The notes under the pieces: model-generated
The model's database searches: none
Told to the model about the DNA's origin: nothing
The model's input: the letters and a program-made list of their open reading frames with translations, nothing else
In this document: positions 47,089 to 56,333 of the stretch, piece after piece
How positions within the stretch are numbered: the first letter of the stretch is position 1
How the letters are laid out: the number at the start of each line of letters is the position of its first letter
Position numbers and translations under genes: made by a program
Assembly (NCBI GenBank): GCA_016783745.1
Contig: JADHVZ010000005.1
Location: 1,178-65,177 of the forward strand
Reading direction: 5' to 3'
Length of the DNA stretch: 64,000 nt
Source: Candidatus Omnitrophota bacterium
GTDB lineage: Bacteria; Omnitrophota; Gorgyraeia; JAHIPI01

Positions 47089-48096
47089 TCAACAAATCCT
47101 TGGAAGCGCTTCCTTGGAGAGCATATCGGCAATCCTCTCACCGCCTACCCTCGTTCTTACGATCACCCTTCCCGCGTAGTCGCTTGTTACCTCGCCGATG
47201 ATCCTCGCCCGCCTTCCCAATCTGTGCGACCTCATCGCCGCTACGGCCCTACCGGCCTCCTTCTCAGGCAGGATCATCACCACCTTGCCCTCGTTACCTA
47301 TATATAAAGGATCCAGCCCCAATAATTCACAGGCGGCCTTGGTCGATTCGTTAAGCGGGATATTCTCCTCAAAGAGCCTTATGCCAAACGGCATACCCGA
47401 GGCGATCTCATTCATCGTAGTCGCCAGGCCACCGCGCGTCGGGTCACGCATGAATTTTACATTACTACATTTTTTCAGTACCGTCAAGATTAATCGATGA
47501 AGCGAGGCACAATCGCTTTTTACTCCGCCTTTAAAACCCAATTCCTCGCGGGCAAGCAAAACAGATATTCCGTGGTCCGCTATGGTCCCGTTTATCACTA
47601 TCTTATCCCCCGCCTTGATCCTGTCCGTAGAAATAGGTTTCTTGTACCTGACTATCCCTATACCGCTTGTATTTATGAATATCTTGTCGGCGTTTCCCCT
47701 CTCAACCACTTTAGTATCACCGGTTATTATTAGAACTCCGGCCGCTTTTGCCTCTTTAGCCATTGAATCTATTATCCTTGAAAGCAATGCCTTATCCAGC
47801 CCTTCCTCGATAATAAGTGAGCACGATATGTAAAGCGGGACGGCGCCCGATACCGCAAGGTCGTTCACTGTGCCGCAGACGGATAACTTTCCTATATCAC
47901 CACCCTCAAAGATAACCGGATCTACCACGAAGGAATCAGTGGTAAACGCCAAACGCCCGGCCTTTTTCAATTCAAAGACAGCGGCATCGGACAGGTTCCT
48001 CAAAATAGTGTTTCCGTATTTTTTTAATATGACATTTTTAATGAGGTCATGCGTTAGTTTACCGCCGCTTCCGTGCGCAAGCAGTATTTTCGACAT
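47089..48096 (-). CDS. hypE: Hydrogenase maturation protein HypE
   Basis: LAHGSGG, TTDSFVV, GTVNDLA, RDPTRGG, C-terminal PRIC; start moved to ATG 48096. Confidence 0.96.
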   Translation of the reverse strand: MSKILLAHGSGGKLTHDLIKNVILKKYGNTILRNLSDAAVFELKKAGRLAFTTDSFVVDPVIFEGGDIGKLSVCGTVNDLAVSGAVPLYISCSLIIEEGLDKALLSRIIDSMAKEAKAAGVLIITGDTKVVERGNADKIFINTSGIGIVRYKKPISTDRIKAGDKIVINGTIADHGISVLLAREELGFKGGVKSDCASLHRLILTVLKKCSNVKFMRDPTRGGLATTMNEIASGMPFGIRLFEENIPLNESTKAACELLGLDPLYIGNEGKVVMILPEKEAGRAVAAMRSHRLGRRARIIGEVTSDYAGRVIVRTRVGGERIADMLSKEALPRIC

Positions 48097-48113
48097 TGCC
48101 AGATCCCTTCTTT

Positions 48114-49211
48114 TTACCTGCCGGCCCCGTACTTGTAATGTATGCTGCAGCTGCCCTCGCTCGAGACCATACAAGGCCCTTTGGGGCCTTCCGGAGTGCA
48201 CGCCTTGGCAAAGTGCCTGCATTCCTCAGGCGAATTCTTGCCTTTTAGTATTTCCGCGCAAAGACAGTATCTTTGGCCTGTTGCCCGGCTCACCCTTTTT
48301 ATCCTAAAGTGCCTTTCCGCGTCAAGATCCCCGAATTCACGCCTGAGCTTCAGGCCGCTCCGGGGAATAGTGCCCAGCCCTCTCCAGTCAGCGTCAGAAA
48401 CAGTAAATACCTTATCAAGTATGCGCTGGGCCCGCGTATTCCCTCTTTTTTTTACAACCCTGTTATACTGGATCTCTATCCTGGCCTCATCGGCCTTTAA
48501 CTGACGTATCAGCATTAACACACCCTGCATCATGTCCAGGGGTTCAAACCCGGATATAACACCCGGTATCCGCGCCTTCCTTAGAAAGCCGTACGCATCC
48601 GCCCCGATGATCGTGCTGACATGAGCGGGTAACATAAAACCGTCTATCCTGGCGTCTTTATCTTTCAACAGGGCCTTCATCGCGGGAGGTATAAGTTTAT
48701 GCGCGGAATATATAAAAAAATTCTTTATTTTTTTATTTTTCGCTTCCAGCGCCGCTAAGGCAACAGTGGGAGACGTAGTCTCAAAACCTACCGCCAAAAA
48801 TATGACTTTTTTTGACGGGTTTTGTACGGCGATATTCAACGCATCAAGAGTGGAATAAACTATTCTTATATCGCGCCCCTCAGACCGTTCTTCATATAAA
48901 GAAGATGATCCGCCCGGTACCTTTAACATATCGCCGAAAGTGACGATTATAACATCCTTGGATCTCGCGAGTAATATAGCGTTGTCTATGTAAGGGGTAT
49001 CCGTGACGCAGACCGGGCAGCCGGGCCCCGATATAAGGCGGACGTTTTCCGGCAGCAGGCTCTTCAGGCCAAACCTGAAGAACGTATTTGTATGAGTTCC
49101 GCAGACCTCCATGAACTTATAGCTTCGCTCTTCTCTACCGGCAAAATCCTTTATTTTGCGGGATAGCCTCCCGGCCAGCTTAAGATCCCTGTATTCATCC
49201 ACATATCTCAC
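48114..49211 (-). CDS. hypD: Hydrogenase maturation protein HypD
   Basis: MEVCGTHT, GPGCPVCV, GFETT, GPCMVSSEGSC. Confidence 0.97.
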   Translation of the reverse strand: MRYVDEYRDLKLAGRLSRKIKDFAGREERSYKFMEVCGTHTNTFFRFGLKSLLPENVRLISGPGCPVCVTDTPYIDNAILLARSKDVIIVTFGDMLKVPGGSSSLYEERSEGRDIRIVYSTLDALNIAVQNPSKKVIFLAVGFETTSPTVALAALEAKNKKIKNFFIYSAHKLIPPAMKALLKDKDARIDGFMLPAHVSTIIGADAYGFLRKARIPGVISGFEPLDMMQGVLMLIRQLKADEARIEIQYNRVVKKRGNTRAQRILDKVFTVSDADWRGLGTIPRSGLKLRREFGDLDAERHFRIKRVSRATGQRYCLCAEILKGKNSPEECRHFAKACTPEGPKGPCMVSSEGSCSIHYKYGAGR

Positions 49212-49420
49212 AGGCTTATCTCCTTAATAATATCGAGGGTCTCTTTGGCGCGTTTCTCATCCACTTTCTCGATGGCAAAACCGGCGTGTACTATCACATA
49301 GTCCCCTACGCGGATATCCTTAAGCAGGCCTATACCTATCTGCCGGGCCGTCTTATCGGATCTGACCTCTGCCTTATCCCCTTTTTTACTTACGACCTTC
49401 ATCGGAATACCCAGACACAT
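49208..49420 (-). CDS. hypC: Hydrogenase chaperone HypC
   Basis: MCLGIP, GDYVIVHAGFAI. Confidence 0.96.
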   Translation of the reverse strand: MCLGIPMKVVSKKGDKAEVRSDKTARQIGIGLLKDIRVGDYVIVHAGFAIEKVDEKRAKETLDIIKEISL

Positions 49421-49423
49421 CTT

Positions 49424-50560
49424 TTATTCTCCCTTTGAGGCGGCAATAACAGCCTGGCCGATCGGCAGGCCGCTGTCAGCGCATGATGTCTTAGAATGTG
49501 TGTATACGGAAAAATGAGCTCTCTCAAGCCTCACTCTGGCTTCATACGATAATATCTTATTCTGAAATACCCCGCCGCTAAGCACAACATATTTCAGCTT
49601 CGTCTTATCGCGCAATTTCAACGCGGTGTCTTTTATGGCTTCAGCGACTGTATTGTGAAATTTACGGGAAATCAAGCCCGGACGCTTTTTATTATTAAGA
49701 TCGGATATTATCATTTTTATCATCGGTGAAAAATCTAATATATGCTCCTTACCGCGCTTTTCTATCTTAAAGCCGTATATTCCCCCAACGGCGCTTACAG
49801 CTATTTTTTCAAGTTCAATAGCGGCTTCGCCTTCAAATGATATGCGGTCTCTTATGCCGATCAGCGATGATACCGCGTCAAAAAGCCTGCCGGCGCTTGA
49901 CGTAAGCGGTGAATTAAGCCCCTTATCTATGATCTTGAGAAGAAGGGAACGCCTTGCCTTTCCCATCCTTCTTAAAACACCGGAGCTCAGATTGCCGATG
50001 CCTCTGCCGTATGCCTTGTAAATATATGAAAGCGCCATTCTCATCGGCTCAAGCACAGCCTTATCGCCTCCGGGCATGGGCACATAGGCCAGATGGGCCT
50101 TCCGCTCGAATCCGCCGTAATCAGCTATCATAAACTCCCCGCCCCATATGTTTCCGTCTAAGCCGTATCCCGTACCGTCAAATGCCACTCCTATGACCTT
50201 ATTTTGTAGCCCGTTCTCCGCCATGCAGGCCGCTATATGGGCATGGTGGTGCTGGACACCCGCAAGGCCTTTGCTTTTTCTTTTTATTTTTTCGAATATC
50301 TCCCCGGCATATTTTGTCGACATATATTCCGGGTGAAGGTCATGCGCTATTATACCGCGCTCAAAGCTTTTCTTCTTCGATAAAATCGCCTTTTTATAAC
50401 TATCGAATTCCGCGGGGTCTTTCAAGTCGCTAAAAATTCGGCTTACGGAAACGCGGTCACCGGACAGTACGGCGAAACCGCTCTTTGACTCGGATCCCAC
50501 CGCTAATACCGGCGAGCTGAAGGAAAGTGGAAGCTTGATATCCCTGTTTGATCTATCCAT
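49424..50560 (-). CDS. hypF: Short HypF, Kae1-like carbamoyltransferase domain only
   Basis: DLHPEY, QHHHAH, DGTGYG.DG.IWGGE, TSSAGRLFDAV, SGGVFQN; 378 aa. Confidence 0.85.
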   Translation of the reverse strand: MDRSNRDIKLPLSFSSPVLAVGSESKSGFAVLSGDRVSVSRIFSDLKDPAEFDSYKKAILSKKKSFERGIIAHDLHPEYMSTKYAGEIFEKIKRKSKGLAGVQHHHAHIAACMAENGLQNKVIGVAFDGTGYGLDGNIWGGEFMIADYGGFERKAHLAYVPMPGGDKAVLEPMRMALSYIYKAYGRGIGNLSSGVLRRMGKARRSLLLKIIDKGLNSPLTSSAGRLFDAVSSLIGIRDRISFEGEAAIELEKIAVSAVGGIYGFKIEKRGKEHILDFSPMIKMIISDLNNKKRPGLISRKFHNTVAEAIKDTALKLRDKTKLKYVVLSGGVFQNKILSYEARVRLERAHFSVYTHSKTSCADSGLPIGQAVIAASKGE

Positions 50561-50566
50561 AATATG

Positions 50567-50601
50567 AAAAATAAATTTACCCCGCTAAGGGCGGGGTAAA
50601 T
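50567..50601 (-). terminator. Intrinsic terminator after pdaD
   Basis: ATTTACCCCGC-5 nt-GCGGGGTAAAT followed by TTATTTTT on the minus strand. Confidence 0.75.
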
Positions 50602-50635
50602 GTGTAGTTTAAGACGTTTCCGGACGTCCTTATTG

Positions 50636-51208
50636 CTAAAATATAAATACCGCTACGGCGATCACGGTGGAATAGTCGCCGCTGGCGCTTATAACTGTGG
50701 ATTGTGTGATATTAGTGGCCCTGACCACCTTATCCGTACCTATCATATACTCTTCTTTATTCTCGTCCCAACTCTTATCTTCGTCGAACTCTATACCGAG
50801 AGTAGACGCTAACATAGCCGCGGCTAAATCCTCAGAATATTCGCCCGCCGTCTTTTCAGTCTCCCCGAAAGCGTGGTGTTCGCTGAGATATCCGTGCGCA
50901 TTTGTATCCGCCGGTATTGCCGCTCCGATAGAAGCGGCGATAAGCCTGTGCGGTTCGTCGCTGGAACATCTTGCCATTACGCAAAATGTAAGCATGCCCG
51001 GTATCAATTCCTTAAGTCCCTCATTTCTGGATATAGTCTGGCAGCCGGGCGGCAATATACTTGAGACCTGCACTAGATTGCACTTTTCAATCCCGGCATC
51101 GCGCAGGGCAAGCTCGAACGAACGAAGCTCATATTTATGAGATCCTACACCCTTTGTAAAAAACAGTTTTCGCGGAACAAGCAGCTTGTTCCTGGGAATA
51201 TTCAACAT
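50636..51208 (-). CDS. pdaD: Pyruvoyl-dependent arginine decarboxylase
   Basis: [25 protein letters not shown] (SS self-cleavage site), GYLSEHH. Confidence 0.9.
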   Translation of the reverse strand: MLNIPRNKLLVPRKLFFTKGVGSHKYELRSFELALRDAGIEKCNLVQVSSILPPGCQTISRNEGLKELIPGMLTFCVMARCSSDEPHRLIAASIGAAIPADTNAHGYLSEHHAFGETEKTAGEYSEDLAAAMLASTLGIEFDEDKSWDENKEEYMIGTDKVVRATNITQSTVISASGDYSTVIAVAVFIF

Positions 51209-51232
51209 ATGACGCTGCCTTTCGATACTGGC

Positions 51233-52114
51233 CTATTTTTTCTTTTTTCCGAAAAATACATAGCTAAGTAATCTATATATAAGTTTGCTGGCAAGAAAAT
51301 CAGGTGTGATGTTTCCGCTCAGGGGCGAAAGTTCAACGACGTCAAAACCCACGATCTCCTTATTTTGAGCGACGAGCTTTAATATATCAAGGATAAGATA
51401 CCAGCCCAGTCCGCCCGGCTCCGGAGTGCCGACGGCCGGCATAATAGATATATCAAGGACATCCAGGTCAATAGATATATAGACCTTATCCTTAAGGCTT
51501 TCCAGCGCTTTCCTGTCCCACAACGTGTCATTTAATATATCATAGGCGCTCACGATCCTGGCGATATTATTCTGCGAGGACAGGAATTCTTTGCCTTCCC
51601 TGGAAATGCTTCTCATCCCCAGCTGCACTAAAGGCGCGATCTCCTGCATACGCCTGCCTACACATGCATGGCTATTTTTTGAACCTTCATATTCATCCCG
51701 CAAGTCATGATGGGCATCCATGTGTAATACGGATATATCTCCCGCTATATCTTTGGCCGCCTTCACCGCGCCGATACTTGCGGTGTGTTCACCGCCTATT
51801 AAAACAGGGAATTTTCCCGCGGAAAGTATGTTCCTCTGTACATTGTACACTGTCTTTATCACCGCCTCGGGCGATAAGCCATCCACATCGAGCGGAGACA
51901 TAGTGTGGATACCGACCTTAAAAGTCTCGACACCAAGCTCCTCGTCAAATAATTCCATATACCTTGAGGCTTCAAAAATGGCGCAGGGGCCGTTTTTCGT
52001 GCCTTTTTTATATGTCACCGTACCTTCGTAAGGGACAGGTACTATGATGACCCTGGCCTTATCATAATCGACATAAGAAATATCTGCGCCGCCGTATCTT
52101 ACGGAATTAACCAT
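51233..52114 (-). CDS. speB: Agmatinase
   Basis: GGEHT, DAHHDLRD, SIDLDVLD, GTPEPGG. Confidence 0.92.
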   Translation of the reverse strand: MVNSVRYGGADISYVDYDKARVIIVPVPYEGTVTYKKGTKNGPCAIFEASRYMELFDEELGVETFKVGIHTMSPLDVDGLSPEAVIKTVYNVQRNILSAGKFPVLIGGEHTASIGAVKAAKDIAGDISVLHMDAHHDLRDEYEGSKNSHACVGRRMQEIAPLVQLGMRSISREGKEFLSSQNNIARIVSAYDILNDTLWDRKALESLKDKVYISIDLDVLDISIMPAVGTPEPGGLGWYLILDILKLVAQNKEIVGFDVVELSPLSGNITPDFLASKLIYRLLSYVFFGKKKK

Positions 52115-52117
52115 CCC

Positions 52118-53173
52118 TTAACGTATTATCCTTTCCTTCGCAAGCTGCGAAAAATCAACGCAGCGGGTTATCACACTCTCTGCTTCTTCTCCGCTCAACG
52201 TCCCGCATCCGCAACTTGGCGTTATGAGGGAAGAATTTATTATCTTTTTCCTGTCTATGCCTTTCTGCGCCAGGATCCCGATATAGGACTCAAGCCTCTC
52301 TAATATATTTCCGATATCTTCTTTCAGGCTCTCAGGCGCGGTAGGAACCATTCCCCAGGCTATTATACCACCCCTTTCAAAAAATTTAGCAATACTTTCA
52401 CTGTTTTCCGCAAATGACCTGCCGTAGTTATAGGCATCAAAGCTGATCAGATCGATATCAGTAGATAGCGCAAAATCCCAGTCCGCATCGGCGCAACAGT
52501 GTAAACCGGCAAAACACGCCTCGGTGTGGATAGCGGACACCACTGTGTTAATATGTGAGGCGAGGTCTTCCTTCTTTATCTTAGATCTTGAGCCGGCCTG
52601 CTTAAAAAATACCAGCGACGGCTCATCAATAAATATGATGACATCCTGGAATATCTCCTTAAGCCTCGCGGCCTGCCACCTGGCTTTTAACGCTAATGTC
52701 TTGATCGCGGCGCCGCAGAGCTCTTTATCGAAATAAAGCGGTATACCGTTAGAGTCGGTCACGCTAAAGGCAAAGCTGACCGGCCCGGTCACCTGCCCTT
52801 TGAGGTAATCCAGCATCGTTTTATCGAGGTTTTTGAGCCTGTACATATATTCGTAGAAACCGGCCGCATGATCTTCGCTGAAAGAAAAATATTCCAAGTC
52901 ACCCGATTCATAATGCTCATTCAGTTCATCGATCTCCTTCCTGATATCGCGGTTTCTATTTACAGAGACCTTTTTCGCGCTCGCATCCGCCTCGATGCCC
53001 GGCATCCTCTCTACAAACTGAGCCATCATATCCTCAAGAAATGATTTATTGACCAGCTGAGGCCAGAATGGTATTCTTTTAAACTTTGAAAAAATTAAGT
53101 CACATGCCTCCCTTTCGCTATTGTAAGGGATGCTGCCTATTCCGGTCGCCTCAAAATGATTTTTTAATTTCAT
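52118..53173 (-). CDS. Core (folate-independent) methionine synthase, MesB-like
   Basis: TGIGSIP, WPQL..SFLEDM, KGQVTGPVS, FIDEP, GLHCC, WGMVPT, ITPSCG; single barrel of about 350 aa. Confidence 0.72.
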   Translation of the reverse strand: MKLKNHFEATGIGSIPYNSEREACDLIFSKFKRIPFWPQLVNKSFLEDMMAQFVERMPGIEADASAKKVSVNRNRDIRKEIDELNEHYESGDLEYFSFSEDHAAGFYEYMYRLKNLDKTMLDYLKGQVTGPVSFAFSVTDSNGIPLYFDKELCGAAIKTLALKARWQAARLKEIFQDVIIFIDEPSLVFFKQAGSRSKIKKEDLASHINTVVSAIHTEACFAGLHCCADADWDFALSTDIDLISFDAYNYGRSFAENSESIAKFFERGGIIAWGMVPTAPESLKEDIGNILERLESYIGILAQKGIDRKKIINSSLITPSCGCGTLSGEEAESVITRCVDFSQLAKERIIR

Positions 53174-53186
53174 ATCAGGTCCTGCC

Positions 53187-54023
53187 TTATATCCTTTTTA
53201 ATCTCTCTATCCTTTTTCCCACCGGCGGATGCGTACTGAAAAGGCTTGCTATAAAATCACCCCTCAAAGGGTTAACGATAAAAAGATGGGCTGTTTGAGG
53301 GTTCGCATTCATCCTGTAATGAGCCGAGGCCTTGTGTAATTTATGCAAAGCGCTTGCCAGTCCCGCGCCTGAACCGGCAAAATGCGCCCCTCCGTTATCC
53401 GCTCCGTACTCGCGGGAGCGGGAGATAGCAAGCTGTATCACTATTGCCGCAAGAGGCGCAAAAATAGCTACCGCTAAAAGGCCTATTATGCCGCCCCTAT
53501 TGCGGTCTCTTCCGCCGAAACCTCCGAATATAGCCGCCCAACGCGCCATATACGCGATCATCATAACAGCGCTTGCCAGCGCCGCCGCAACAGTCATTAT
53601 CAAAGTATCTCTGTTTTTGATATGGGACATCTCGTGCGCTATTACGCCTTTTAATTCCTCTCTGTCCAAAAGATCAAGTATCCCCCGCGTAACGCATACT
53701 ACGCCATGTTCGGGGCTCCTCCCCGTAGCAAATGCGTTCGGGGCATCACTTGGAGCTATATAGACTTTGGGCACGGGCATGCCGGCTTTCGAGGCTATCT
53801 CTTTAACGATACCATAGACCTGTGGAAATTGGCCCTCCGGTAATTCCTGCGCTCTGTACATACCAAGAACTATCTTGTCGCTGAACCAATAGCTGCCAAA
53901 GTTCAGAAGAAGAGCAAAGATAAAAGCTATGGAGGCGCCGCGCGGCCCCCCAAAGACTCCTCCGATCCAGATCAAAAGCGCGGCCAGCAATATCAGCAGT
54001 ATTACAGTCTTAAAGTAGTTCAT
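53187..54023 (-). CDS. htpX: Zinc metalloprotease HtpX
   Basis: PNAFATGR, HEMSH, SRSREYGAD, FSTHPP. Confidence 0.95.
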   Translation of the reverse strand: MNYFKTVILLILLAALLIWIGGVFGGPRGASIAFIFALLLNFGSYWFSDKIVLGMYRAQELPEGQFPQVYGIVKEIASKAGMPVPKVYIAPSDAPNAFATGRSPEHGVVCVTRGILDLLDREELKGVIAHEMSHIKNRDTLIMTVAAALASAVMMIAYMARWAAIFGGFGGRDRNRGGIIGLLAVAIFAPLAAIVIQLAISRSREYGADNGGAHFAGSGAGLASALHKLHKASAHYRMNANPQTAHLFIVNPLRGDFIASLFSTHPPVGKRIERLKRI

Positions 54024-54035
54024 ATAGATACCTCG

Positions 54036-56333
54036 TCAAATCTTTTTAATCCTTGTGTTAAAACCGCCTTTATTATTTCTTCTGACTATGATCTCATACA
54101 TCTTACCTCGGAAAAGGCGCCGTACCTTAAAACCACGCCAATTATCCGGGATGCATGGATCTACGGTGAGGCCGTCTTTGCCGGGCCTCACTCCCAATAT
54201 CCAATCAACGATCACGCGCAACATCCAGGTGGCGGAACCCGTATACCATGTCCATCCTCCACGGCCAAAATTCGCCGAATCAGGCCCGTCAATATTGCCG
54301 GGCATGACATAAGGCTCAGCTTTATATAGATCCGGCTTCTCGCTTCTCGAGGGCGGTATCATCTTCCTGTACATGTTATACGCTGTTTTATTTCTTTTCA
54401 ATATGCACTCCGCCTGGATAGCCCAAGCGGCGGCATGGGAATAAACACCGCCGTTCTCTCTTATGCCCGCGGCATATCTGGTAAGATATCCTATCTCAGG
54501 ATCCGGCACAGAATATGCCGGATAAAAAAGTAACGGCCCGTATTCCCTGTCAAGGTACTTTTCGGCTGATTTTACGGCGATCTCTCCGCGCCTGCCTTCA
54601 GCAGTCTTATTTATGACTGACCAGCTTTGCGCGTTAAAGTATATCTTGCCTTCTTTTGATCTCGAGCTTCCCAGTATCTCGCCATTATCGCTCACTGCCC
54701 TGATATACCATTTTCCGTCCCATCCATATTTGTTTATGGCCTTTTTTAGGGCATCCTTTCTTTTTTTGAAGACCGCGCGGCTTCTAAGATCCTTCTTCAT
54801 CGCGCATATCTCATCGAATCTGTCAAGTATCCCGTAAAGAAAATGTCCCAGCCAGATGCTTTCGCCTTTCCAGTTTACGCCAACGCTGGACATCCCGTCA
54901 TTCCAGTCTCCCTCTCCTATGAGCGGGAGGCCTCTCTTGGTGAATCTCGAAAGGGCCTTATTGATGGCCCTCAGGCAGTGTTTATAAAGGGATTCGGACG
55001 ACGCGTCAAGATAGCCGGCGTGTTCATTTAATATCTTACGGTCTCCTGTCTCGTCAAGGTAGTTCAATGTTATATACGGCAGCCACAGAAGGTCGTCAGA
55101 AAAACCCGTATCGAGCCCCCATTCCGTAAGGGCATGCCACCAGTGGTAAACAGTGCCGGCTTTATATTGATGCGCGGCATGCAGAAGGATCTGCTTCTTC
55201 GTCAGATCAGGATCGAGGTAAAAGAATATCTGGCTGTCCTGCAACTGGTCCCTGAACCCAAAAGCGCCGCTTGACTGATAATAAGCGCAACGCGCCCAGA
55301 GCCTTCCGGATATCGCCTGATATTTCAACCACGTGTTCACCATGATGTTCATCGCCTGGTCAGGCGTATCTATTTCCAGGCCTGATAACGTCCTTTCCCA
55401 GCGCTCTTTGACCTTCTCCAGCGCGTTATCTATATTTTCGGGTTTTTTATATTTCTCGATGATCCGTCTTGCCTCATTTTTATTTTTTGTCTCGCCAAGG
55501 ACGAATGAAACGGTCTTCTCCGAATTCGCCGGTATGCTTACCTTCACCTGAAGCGAACATATGGGGTCAGACCAGCGGCCAGTCGTATTAGTCAGCTTAT
55601 TTTCGACAACAGCCTTAGGCCGCACTATTGAGCCGTAATTACCCAGGAAATTCTCCTTATCGCCCTCATACGCTTCCGGTTTTATCGATGATGAGTGAAA
55701 AATATTACACGGCCATTCACTCAAGTGCTTATCATCTATCTTTCTGTTCACCTCACGCCTTTTATCGGCGAACAGGGCGCCCAGAGACTTATCATACCGG
55801 GTACCTATAAATGTCTTGTGGTACTCTCTGTGCACCGCATTGGGATTACCAAGACAGAGCTCAAAATACGTAAAAAGACTCAAGTCTCTCTTTTTGTCTG
55901 TTTTGTTTCTGAGCGTGACCTTCCAGATCTCGGCCGGTTCGTTCATGGTAACAAACTGCAGGGTCTCGGCCTCTATGCCGTTTGTCCTGTTCTTGATCAC
56001 TGTATAGCCGATCCCGTGCCTGACTTCATATTTTGCGTATTTCGCGCATGTCGGTTTCCATCCCGCGGACCATATCTCCTCTGAATGGTCATCTCTTATG
56101 TAGATAAATTTTCCATAATCATCTTTGATCAGATCCTGCAGCCAGGTGTTTATCCGACATAAGTTCGAATTACCTCTAAAACTATAACCGGAACCGGTTT
56201 GCGATATTACCGTTCCATAATCGCCATTTGAGAGTACATTGACCCATGGTCTCGGTGTATCCGGCCGGGTTATCACATATTCTTTCCCATCTTCAGTAAA
56301 GTAACCGTATTTCGTCTTAAATAACTTCTTCAT
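54036..56333 (-). CDS. GH94 glycoside phosphorylase
   Basis: TPRPWVN, YYQSSGAFGFRDQLQD, GDWNDG, RENGGVYSHA, WYTGSA. Confidence 0.92.
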   Translation of the reverse strand: MKKLFKTKYGYFTEDGKEYVITRPDTPRPWVNVLSNGDYGTVISQTGSGYSFRGNSNLCRINTWLQDLIKDDYGKFIYIRDDHSEEIWSAGWKPTCAKYAKYEVRHGIGYTVIKNRTNGIEAETLQFVTMNEPAEIWKVTLRNKTDKKRDLSLFTYFELCLGNPNAVHREYHKTFIGTRYDKSLGALFADKRREVNRKIDDKHLSEWPCNIFHSSSIKPEAYEGDKENFLGNYGSIVRPKAVVENKLTNTTGRWSDPICSLQVKVSIPANSEKTVSFVLGETKNKNEARRIIEKYKKPENIDNALEKVKERWERTLSGLEIDTPDQAMNIMVNTWLKYQAISGRLWARCAYYQSSGAFGFRDQLQDSQIFFYLDPDLTKKQILLHAAHQYKAGTVYHWWHALTEWGLDTGFSDDLLWLPYITLNYLDETGDRKILNEHAGYLDASSESLYKHCLRAINKALSRFTKRGLPLIGEGDWNDGMSSVGVNWKGESIWLGHFLYGILDRFDEICAMKKDLRSRAVFKKRKDALKKAINKYGWDGKWYIRAVSDNGEILGSSRSKEGKIYFNAQSWSVINKTAEGRRGEIAVKSAEKYLDREYGPLLFYPAYSVPDPEIGYLTRYAAGIRENGGVYSHAAAWAIQAECILKRNKTAYNMYRKMIPPSRSEKPDLYKAEPYVMPGNIDGPDSANFGRGGWTWYTGSATWMLRVIVDWILGVRPGKDGLTVDPCIPDNWRGFKVRRLFRGKMYEIIVRRNNKGGFNTRIKKI

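Noticed and set aside
48097-48222. N-terminal extension of HypE given by the ORF track
   Set aside because: Overlaps hypD; the typical HypE start MSKILLAHG is at 48096.
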